Source: Balanoglossus misakiensis (Eukaryota > Animalia > Hemichordata). From it: a stretch of 64,000 bases of DNA. The notes under the pieces were generated by a model. That model was not told where the DNA came from. It ran no database searches and saw only the letters and a program-made list of their open reading frames with translations. The stretch covers positions 1,890,902 through 1,954,901 of the forward strand of contig CM082585.2 of the NCBI GenBank assembly GCA_040954595.2, written 5' to 3'. Made by a program: the position numbers and the translations under genes. Below are positions 41,483-51,382 of this stretch, piece after piece. The stretch's first letter is position 1, and each line of letters opens with the position of its first letter.

Positions 41483-42335
41483 CTGTCACTACAGCTTGAA
41501 CGACGCCACCTATGGGCAGTATTTCCGTGGCAGCCTATGAAGCTCATGAATATTTAATTAGACACAGTAATGGCGTTCGCGATCGAACACAGCTGTCGAT
41601 GCACAGCATAATTCGGTGAGTAATATTGCTTTATTCCAAGTTTTGTTTAGTAAAATTAGCAAGATGTCAGAGACAATATGAAATAAAGTTGCGATTCTGC
41701 TGTGTTATTTATGTGTATCAGCCAAATAACTTGAACATTTTGATCACCCGCTGACAGTCCCTGGCCGTTGCTATAGCAGAAGCCGTCCTAAGCAACCATA
41801 AACAAACACTAAAAATTACAACGATTCAGCTTCACAGAATTGTTTTTTTCAATTTGAAAACCATACGAATTTAGTCTTTTATACGTAAACATAGGATTCC
41901 ATGTTTAAAATGCTGCTACAAGCAATATGACGAAATCATACCAAGCGAAAATATACGACCCTGTGTGTTCCTTGGCAGCAGCACGGGTTACATTGATTGT
42001 AATGGCGGCGCTTCGAATTTTCGGCGACATGGTGATATTGTTCATAGAATTGACAGAAAATAAGACCGTAACTGAAAAATCAGAAACCAATAGTTTGTGC
42101 TAAAATATATTCTTGATATAATTCGCTGGAAATTCGAGGGTGAAAACGAAATAAGAAAAAAATGAATGGGCGAGATTGTTATGGTAAGGTTACCCACATT
42201 CTTTCTATGTCACCTTTGACCTCAATTTCTGGAGGAAGTATGATGAGCAGGTGTTTTGTTTTTGCTTCCCTCGGATAGATAATTATTGTAAAGATATTTC
42301 TCTTGTTCACCCTTTTCAGGTATAGATTTAGAGCC

Positions 42336-45300
42336 ATGTGGGGCAAACTATTCAACAGGAGTAGCGCACTTCTTAAAAGTTTGTCTATTGTTATGCCGAA
42401 TAGAAAAGGGAAAAGTTACTTCAACATAGGCCAGTGGGCAAAGGACCAAAAGATAGCGAGACAGGTAGCTGAAGAGAAGTGTTTACAATAACTATATCAG
42501 GAGAAATTGAAGACTAGATCTTTGTCTGGGAGCGTGGCCAACAACCTATTGGTAGTTAGAACAAAGAGAGGACAGACTAAACACAGGTTTAACTTAGGAG
42601 AGTGGTGTAGACAGAGAAAGAGAAAGAGAGATGAGGAAGAAAGCATAATTCAGGATAAGTTGAATAAGTAGAGTGCAGCTAGGAGACTAGTAAAAAGATC
42701 CTCAACCCAGCTAGCTAGACTAGAGAAGAAGAACAGTAAGATTTGTGAGATCTTAGCTACAAAGAATAATAAGAGAAAGGTAAGCTAGATCAGATAAATA
42801 GACTTAGTCATAATTTTAAAAATCTCAGATTTGTATAAATCCTCTTCAAATTTTAGCCCAAATTCGCTTTTTGAACTTCATGTCACATGATCCTGTGTAA
42901 ACAATGATAACAAAATGGGTTCAGCTTTGATGCAAAACATCTAGGTTTTCCAACAAACTATGTATATTTTTTAGGATTTTTATTGCAGAAGTTGTCAGAA
43001 AAATACAGGCTACACGTGTGTATTTCTTATCAAGGACATTTAAATTAATGATTAACTTGTAAGAAGATTTTATTTTATATATAATGATTATATTCTAATT
43101 AGTATATATTTATCACACACTTAATCTTTCAGATTCCTGTTGATGTTGTTAATGTGAAACGCTCTAAATGGGTCCACAAGAACACTGAAGTATGTGCAGA
43201 TAATAGTGAATCTTTGAAGCTGTCGCGACGTCAACAGTATGAACGTAGGTGTGAAACCTTATCAGCAGCCATAAATATTCATGTAGCAACTACAGATGTA
43301 AGCCCAGCCAAAGGTATAAATAAACCGAATGTACTACATCCACCAAAAGCAGCACTTGATGGTTTGTGGTATACTCTTGTTAATTCTGCCACTCCTGACC
43401 AAATGAAAACATTCTTCAGAACCTCTCCCCAAATCAGTAAAAAAGTAATGCCATCAGTATTTGATAAATACATCAGTAAATTTGAGAAAAGTGAGAACAA
43501 TTTGGTGAGGAGTGTCAGAACTATGTATGAGGGCGGAGTACTATCCAAACGAAAATATAACTGTCTGAGGCAGAGTGAACTTCAGATGTTCTCCAACTTG
43601 AAACATCCTAGGAAAGCATTAGAAATTCATTCTGGCTGTAGAATACCAAGACTGCTCCCATACACAAAAGTTGTACAGTATGTAAGTAACCTTGACATTG
43701 GAAATCTTGAGCCAATTATATCATCTGAAGGCAAACAAGTCGGCTTAAAAAGAAACCCTGAGGAGTTGCTTATTAAGATTGCCAGTTTATATTTAAATAT
43801 GGGGGAAACACAGCCTGATATTCTTAACTGGTTCGGTAAACAGGAGGGCTCATTTCAAATCAGTATAGGTGCTGACGGGGCTCCGTTTGGCAAACATGGA
43901 CAGGCCACTGCATGGCTAGTTAGTTTCTTGAATGTGACCCACCGTGTTGCTAGCCCAGACCACAATTTTCTCCTATTAGGGGCAAACATAAAAGAGGATG
44001 ACCCCATAATGATTGAATTTGCAATTGCATTGTCAAAAGACCTTGAGTGTATTGAGAAACGTAAATATAAAGTTGGCAGTCTTGATGTAACTTTTCAGGT
44101 GTCACTTTTACCCTTTGATCAGAAGGGATTGGCCAGTGTGTCTGGAGAACTAAGCAATGCAGCAAAGTATTTCAGCTCATTTGCTAACGTTCCAAAAATG
44201 ATATTGATTGTATTGGAGCAGAAATTGGCCCAGGTCAGAAGTGGGATGAATGGAAATATCAGAAAAGAATTAAAGATGCAGAAGCTGTTGAAAAGTTGAA
44301 GTCAACTAAGAAAATTAAAACTGGAAAGCCCAAAACAGTGCGACCCAAAATCACACAATTTATAGCCAGTCTGAGGTCAAGACAGGAATTTGTACCACCG
44401 TTGGGTAGATTTATTGATTGTGCCAAGGCTGAGCCATTGCATTTAAAGAACAATGCATGGCAATACTACTTCCAACGATTACTGATTGACGCAGTTGCCC
44501 ACACTTCGGAAAAGGGTCGTGAAAATGGAGTTAAAATTGAGAATCTACCTAACGAGTCATATCTGTACAAATTCCTGTCTGCCCTAAAATATCAAGTAAA
44601 AGCTGGAAAGTTGTATAATAAGATTGTAAAATACTTCAATGAAAATAGTGTCAAGTCAAATGCCAACATTAATGTGGTTTATCGCTTCACTGGTGAGGAG
44701 TCTCGCAAACTTGCTTGGCATTTCATAGGATTGGTATTAGCATTGAGAAGCGATACAGACAGACCAAAGCGTCGGGCTCAATTAGCTCTCTACACATATA
44801 CTGGTATCTTGCTTAGAGATATCACTTTGTTATTCTCACGATTCAACATAAATGAGGGAGATTTGCTTGTACTTAGGCATAAGTGTCGGTGGTACTTTAA
44901 TCTACATTCCCTGTTTCTGAATGTCAATAATACTGTGTGGCACATTGGTTATGTAGTCCCAAAACACACCACTAGTATCTATAAGCAATTCAGTCTGGGA
45001 TTAGGCCTAAACACAATGGAAGGCAGAGAGGCAAAGCATCTACGCCTGCTAGAATTCAGTGAAAATTCTACACCTCAAAATAGGTGGGCCCTCATATTTC
45101 GACACGAATATGTGATGCTTTTTTGGCTGAGGAACAAAAGTCCAAAAGCTGACAACTATAGAAATGCAAATGTAGGTCAATTTGAGCTTAAAGAAAAAGA
45201 AAAATACATTCCCAGTCGATATTATGAGAATGCAGGCTACTGTATGTGTGGCAATTTAAAAAAATGAAACAATGACTGCCTGTGAAATATGTGTTGACCC

Positions 45301-45373
45301 AATTATGGATGACATAAAAAAAGCAGCTGTCACTGGTAAAATATCAAATAAACTCAAGAAACTTATGCTGTGA
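42336..45373 (+). pseudogene. Spliced DDE transposase, RAG1/Transib-like core; 2 stops and 2 frameshifts
   Basis: Exon 42336-42779 (gccATG; stops at ~42489 and ~42669), phase-0 GT-AG intron 42780-43132, exon 43133-45373. Motifs: GADG (D 43874), LPFDQK (D 44117), EPLH (H 44440), YRFTGEESRKL, GLNTMEGREAKH (E 45028), C-terminal CMC...CEIC. Frameshifts at ~44190 and in the A-run at ~45260. Confidence 0.78.
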
Positions 45374-46225
45374 ACAATGATTGAATTTGAAACAGTGGAT
45401 TGTGTCACTGTGTGCTACTTTAGAATTAAAGGATAACTATAGTATTAATTACATTACAGAATTATAAAGACTCATCTGTAGTTGAGAGCTGCATTTAATA
45501 AAAATGGAGATCACAAATCACATGAATTCACACTTTTTGAACTGGAGATGATATGTTTCTTATGGGATTTTGTATATGTGTGCATGTATGGGGACAGGGA
45601 AATTGAAACTTATCTTACCACTATTAAGTATTGTGAATAAACCCTTAATCGTATAGTGATTGCAGTGCTTTGCAAAATTAAAATGTATGACATACATAAG
45701 CTTGATAGAAAAGTTTTACATTTTTCTTGAGGAGTTGTTTATTCTGCACCTGCACGAAATTTTAATGAATTTGTGAAAAAATAAAGAATTAAGTCTCATC
45801 AAATTCTTGATATTTATAAATTTTGTCATGGAATTAATTGTAAATATTAATTAAATTTAGACCAGAAATCCTGGTTAACTGTTAGATGAGCAGTTTTGAT
45901 TGACTTATCAATGTTGATTGTAGGTAACATACATTTTTTTCTGAAACTAATGAAAAATCTATGTTACAATAATGATGGAAAAAAAGAATTTTACAGTTTA
46001 GGAAATTTTGTAAACATTATCTGTTCATTTGTATTGAATGTAGATAAATAAAGACAAGTGATGAATTTTTGAGTCTTCTAATTTTCCTTTTTTTATTTGA
46101 ATATATGTCAATTGTGAGAGGACTGTCTTGACAGACTGATACATCTACACTGAACAACATGTGCCACAGATCAGGAAAAAAATGTTCCTCAGATGGGTTG
46201 AATCAGTGTGAAAAATCAATAGGGT

Positions 46226-46877
46226 TCAGTTCTCTGGATGTAATGGAATTCCATGTTTGTTCCAGGCACCAAAGCTGAATCTAACAGCAACAGTCTCCCT
46301 GTTGATAAAATATTTCACAACACAGGGCTTCTCAGGTGTGAATATAACAGCTACCCTCTTTCCACGGACTTTCTTCTCTAGGATATTCTCTGTATGCTGA
46401 CCGATAGCGCCCTCGTAGCAATAACCTTTCCGTATCACATACAATAGCTTCAAGGAACTTGTGAAGGTCAAGGTTATGATAGCCCTGGAGGTCTTCTCGT
46501 CGATACCAAAACCGGTCCGAGTAGCAAACTGATGAAAAACATCAAATACTTCCCTCGGCATTTGTCGTGTAAAGCTGCTTTGCCATGGTGACCTTAACGA
46601 CGGGGATGTTGACAGCCGAGCGTAGAAGGTCTTCTGCCAGTAGGTCATATCACGCTGAAACATGGGAAATACGGCGACGTCACGCCAACGAATCTTGTCC
46701 TTTGACAGCTTGTCGTTTCGAAATATGGCCCTTGTTGTCAACATCCTCAAGTTCATCAAAGAGTGGGTGTATATACAGATTGTCCGACACGCATTTTTTA
46801 CGTTTAAGCACAGATTTTGCCTCTCGCAATTTGCGTTTTATAACTTTCTCGGCATCGATCAACACGGGCGCCGCCAT
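46226..46877 (-). pseudogene. Second transposon gene of unknown function (~215 aa if one frameshift is repaired), convergent with the transposase
   Basis: ATG in caagATGGCGGC 84 bp from the right end opens a 65-aa basic ORF (46680-46877) that overlaps a 177-aa ORF (46226-46759). This is consistent with one frameshift near 46700-46740. The AT-rich spacer 45374-46225 has AATAAA on both strands. Confidence 0.55.
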
Positions 46878-46961
46878 CTTGGCAATGCGTTGCTATGGTG
46901 AACATGGGAGCTCGCGCTTCGCGGAATACTGCCCAACATAGCTCTAGTATTTCCCGCAGTG

Positions 46962-48777
46962 TGTAACAGCTTTTCACCAAATTGGACCATTGGCGAATTG
47001 AACTCTCTGTACAGGATCCCATCTTTCATGATGAACTTCAACCTACCTCCATTCCTAGTCACTTTCTCGTCACCCAAAATTGCCTTCTCACGTAGTTTGT
47101 CAAGAGTGGAGTCTTCTTCTTGAGCTTGTTGAAGCTTCCCTGGCATCACCACTTCACCAACAGCTTTAGGTACTTTAAGCTCTCTGATTGGTTTTTGGTT
47201 GGCTATCTTCTGGGCTCTGGTCTCCACAGCATTTGCTAAACCTGGTACCTGTCCAACAGTTGTACACAGTCTACATGTCGGCAATGGTTCCTGCCATGTA
47301 GTATCAGGATTCGAAGGGTCAGATACACCATCAATGTTGCCCAGTATTAAATCATACACATGGTTCATCATGCACAGTGCAGTAACATCACCAACAAAGT
47401 AAGGGGTATCAACTTTTATAGAGGCTACAGGTACTCTTCTAATAGTCCCATCTATCAGAACACACGTCCTGTACTCACCAGTCAGCTGATTACTTGACAC
47501 CAGACTTCTTCGAACTACCACGCTACTACACCCACTATCACGCAAAACGCTAACCAGCTTACCATCGAGCAATCCCTTCATTACCGGCATCTTCTTCACT
47601 CCATGGGCACTACAAGCAGCACTCATCACTGGGAGCTTATGACCACATGGTAACACGAACTCCTTATTCAGTGTTGCATCTGTTTTATCTATTTCCATTG
47701 CTACCACCATACATGCATAACCAGTGTCTAGTCCCCTGGGCTGTTGACGGTTGCCCCAATGTGTACATTCTTGTTTAGGTGGATAGTTTCTATCTTCTTC
47801 AGTTAACAATACCGCCGTCTTATGCATCTTTGGCTTACTTCTACAATCTTTGGCCATATGACCACCTTTACCACATACGAAGCACGTACCTTTAAAAACA
47901 TGGGAACCATTGGTTTTGTTATTAAACTTATTTACTTGATTTGGATATACAGAAGGCTTGGTATTTGCTGTCGGCTGGCTCCTTGGATTATTCTTGGCAT
48001 TACTTGGCAGTTTCCACCACCCTCGGGCATCTAAGTATTTTGAGGCAGTAGATACCATCTCTTGGACATTCTCTGGCCGTCGCTCTCTAATGAACATTGC
48101 CATGTCTCTGGAACATACTCCAATAAACTGCTCTCGAAGTAACAGATCTGTAAGCCCATTGTACGTCTTTGGAGTACCAGCCAGTTCTACCCATCTGCCC
48201 AAATAGTCACCAATACGGTCCATAAACTTTTGAGCACTTTCATCATAATGTGGCATACACGAACGGAACTTGTCATGAAAACTCTCCTCACTTAACTGGT
48301 AAGCCCTCAATAACTCTGGTTTCAATTCATCATAATTATTTGCAGACGCTGCAGGCATTTGGTTGTATGTGGATACATCCTTACCTTGTAACAATATGCA
48401 CTGAGATTCACCCCCAGTCATCTTTTTCCCACTTCTGAGCAGTGGCGTAGCGCTGAAAACGTTGAAGGTACGCATCCATATCATCAACATCCTCACGAAA
48501 ACCCTGTAGTCTCGGAGCACGCGCTTTGGCCAAATTATTTTCAGTAACCTGCTGTTCTGTATTTTCCCCTTTCAATTTTAATTCTTGTAAGTGAATTTGC
48601 ATTTTCAGTATCTCTCTCTCATGTTCCTCGCGCCGCCTATTATCTTCTCTCTGCTCCTCTCTCTCAGTAGCCCTAAGATCCCTCTGTCTAATTTGTTCCT
48701 CTCTAACATAATCTTTTAAAGCAGTCCCTTCCAACCCAAATTTTCTCCCTATCTTAGATATTCTTTCTGCATATATG
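46962..48777 (-). pseudogene. gag: gag-protease of the Gmr1-type element (frameshifted near 48410)
   Basis: Coiled coil, DMDAYLQRFQRYA...WEKDDW, SCAN-like YDELKPELLRAYQL...LLLREQF...IRERRPEN, CFVCGKGGHMAKDC knuckle, protease VLRDSGCS, AVETRAQ. Confidence 0.88.
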
Positions 48778-49053
48778 CTTTGCTGTATCGCGATTTACAA
48801 CCCCCAGTTTGACAACCCCTAGCAGTACAGGGCATTCAGCACAAGTCAACACAGCCAAACGCACGACGCAAACCAACACGGCCCATATTATATAGCAGGA
48901 AACCACAAGCGCACATACAGTAACAGTACCAGCCTACAGACCCAGCACCGTCTTCACAATTTGCAGAATCTCTACCTATCAAAACCATGGTCTCCACTAT
49001 ATGGCAACAATTTATGATAGTATACAAACAAATGCACAACAAAACGATAAAAC

Positions 49054-49070
49054 TCCCGGACGAGCCCCCA
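49054..49070 (-). promoter_or_regulatory. Primer-binding site complementary to the tRNA-Pro 3' end
   Basis: Minus strand TGGGGGCTCGTCCGGGA, 2 nt after the LTR end ...CTGACA. Same sequence as the MLV tRNA-Pro PBS. Confidence 0.9.
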
Positions 49071-49072
49071 AA

Positions 49073-51168
49073 TGTCAGAGGTGGAGGGCACCCCTCTGAT
49101 TCCAGGATAAATATTGAGCAGCTCTCAGTGCCAAGGAGTAAACATCCGTGGATAAGGTATGGGGAGAAACTACACAAACCAGTGCGGATACAATAATACA
49201 GTTGATTTAATTTAAATCAATTAAATAATATAAAGATAATACTAGGAATATAATTTTTGTGCACAATATGCACAATATCAAATGTCTCTGTCCTAACCAA
49301 TTTAGCAGGTACAGGTATGCTGATACAATTGGTCATACAATACAATGGGTTACTTAATATATTACATAAATGAATATATTCACAATATCACTATAGTTTA
49401 TTGTCTATTGCATATTGTCTAAACAATGGTAAGTGTCACTTAGCTGTATATAACATTCATAGTAAACAATCATGATTCAACCACAATATGGGATGGAGTC
49501 CTGTATAGATGAACGATGTAGCGACGATCCACATTACACATACAATCTGTGATACACCATGTTTTCTACCACTTGTAGTCCTCCAGTAGTCAAGTAAACA
49601 CACTGAAGACTGACTTGTTAGATGCAAGTCTTGGGTTAAATGGCTGAATGAAAAATCAACAAACATTGACTGAAATGTCCACCTTAGCAACTGTTCACAA
49701 ATGAATACTGACGTTTCTCAATAATAATTATCAGAAATTTGGACTAGTTAAGATGGGTCCCTAGGATCTTTTTGCCCGTTGCTATGGGCCTTTATAGGAC
49801 ATTACACCCCGATTTGGACTAAGCCGTTTTCAGAGTCTAACAAGGGGCTGGTAACTAGTTAAAAATACGCACGATTGTGAGCGCGCGCCCCCTGACGCCA
49901 TTGATATGCAAATTAGTTAGGTCAAATTTCAAAAGCCTAAGGCTTTTTATTCCGTGACCTCAAAAACGAACTTGATACGTATTCATTAGTTGCTTGAACC
50001 AGGGAAGATCGTGACGGATTTTGTTTTCGAATATTATCGTTGTATCCTACGATTTCAGCATACCCGTACCACACCTGAAAAAGTCATCGATTTTGGGTGT
50101 TTTTGGACGCACTCTTCCACTGGTATCGCTTCTTAGCACGACGAAAACCGAAAAAACGATCCGTCACACTATGCGGAAGTGCGTTTTCAACAAGCAGGTC
50201 AAATTTGGCTGGCCTACGTCGCCTGTGAAAAAAGCCTTAGGGATTTTCGTGAACGGTACAAAATCTCTGTGTACAAAACATTGGATTTTTAGCGTTCGAT
50301 CCAGTTACTGTGGTTACAGGACGCGCACGCTATCGCTGACCGCTGCTTTGCCGTATTAGCGTGGCGGCCTATGGCCGGGCGGTAGCTGCCGTAAACATAC
50401 TCAGACAGGGGGTGTGCACACAATCGTGTGTATTTTTAACTAGTTACAAGCCCCTTGTCGGACGTTCATAACGGTTTCGATCAAAATTGAGTGTAGTGTC
50501 CTATAAAGGCCCATAGCAACGAGCAAAAAGATCCTAGGGACCCATCTTAAAGCGTCATGATTACATGTGATATCATGGAAAATTATGCTTTAACTATGAC
50601 CGTCCTATTACTTACAAATTGTCGAATTTGACATAAATATCCATAAAATATAAATTTAAGTTATAGTAAATAAATAAACAAATACATTACTTACACGAGA
50701 ATTCTTCACCACACTTCATGCTCAGCAATACCGGGTCTATAGGATGGTTCCACAGAACTCTGCTTGGAGCAATTTCCAGCCACACCACATACGACCATGC
50801 CAGCCACGCCAATCGCCCGACCACACCGGTTTGCACTGAATAAGCACAATTCTGCTTTCTAGAAGTACTGAATTTACTTCCACTCGAATTGCAGAAACAG
50901 TGGTCCTGAGAGCACTAATGCGCGCTACAGCATTACATGGACACAGCAAGGTATGGTGCAATATTTCCCCTAGTATTTCTACTCACTGAGCAGGGAGACC
51001 CGACTTGTTGCTCCCTTCAAGACCTAAATTGAAGTGTGCTCTCTTACTACACGAAACTTAGCTAACGAAGCCCTATTCATTAACATGACAATACACGGTG
51101 TCACTACACCTGAAATTATGCGGGCACCTGGGTTTCCACTGACTCCAGTACTACCTAATTATATGACA
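49073..51168 (-). repeat. 5' LTR of the Gmr1-type element (~1.3 kb once the nested MITE is removed)
   Basis: Bounded by TGTCA...TGACA. The inner end abuts the PBS. At the outer end, 51169 begins agttgggaccgacagtcgagaccca, which also occurs at 33454 without an adjacent LTR. No second LTR is available to confirm it. Confidence 0.7.
49752..50546. mobile_element. 795-bp non-autonomous TIR element with TTAA TSD (Kolobok-like), nested in the LTR
   Basis: TTAA|GATGGGTCCCTAGGATCTTTTTGC... and ...GCAAAAAGATCCTAGGGACCCATC|TTAA. Imperfect TIRs extend ~130 bp. Confidence 0.85.
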
Positions 51169-51382
51169 AGTTGGGACCGACAGTCGAGACCCATACAGCA
51201 TTACAATCAACAAATAGTAAAAAAAATAAAAAAGTAAACAAAAAACAGGAAAACATTTTAAAAATACAAATAAAATTATGAAACTACTAAAAAAACAAAA
51301 CAAAAACAAAAACAACACAAAAACACAAAACAACAAGCGAGGTCAATAAAGATTAACGCTTACAAAGATAGAAAAAGTAAGA

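Larger units (their letters stand above)
41487..46961 (+). mobile_element. 5475-bp two-gene cut-and-paste DNA transposon with RAG1/Transib-like (CMC/Transib-related) transposase
   Basis: Termini CACTACAG... and ...CCGCAGTG. TSD TGT (41484-41486, 46962-46964). Removing element plus one TSD restores host pol in frame (GEKLLQVVVPR). Inner inverted motif TGGGCAGTATT starts at position 27 from each end. Confidence 0.88.
39470..51168 (-). mobile_element. Gypsy/Ty3 LTR retrotransposon of Gmr1 type (gag-PR-IN-RT order), decayed, 3'-truncated, with two nested insertions
   Basis: 5' LTR 49073-51168, tRNA-Pro PBS, gag with SCAN-like region and CCHC knuckle, protease LRDSGC, integrase, then RT. RT similarity stops after DFLGHVVG (~39470). 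No RNase H or 3' LTR seen. Confidence 0.88.

Noticed and set aside
41502-41518. CTCF-like site gacgccacctatgggca in the left transposon end
   Set aside because: One base short of the consensus spacing and overlaps the TIR motif; unsupported without data.
46226-46877. Calling ORF2 RAG2-like
   Set aside because: No visible kelch GG repeats or PHD finger, and too short; only the position is analogous.
46871-46881. GCCATCTTG, like the inner motif I recall from amphioxus ProtoRAG TIRs
   Set aside because: Wrong orientation relative to the end, ~80 bp in, with no partner at the left end; better explained as the ORF2 start/YY1-like context.
46859-46961. C-terminal tail HTAGNTRAML... of the 553-aa ORF
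   Set aside because: Read-through from Gypsy pol into the inserted transposon end.
51205-51335. A-rich (CAAAA)n tract and its Phe-rich antisense ORF
   Set aside because: Low-complexity sequence.
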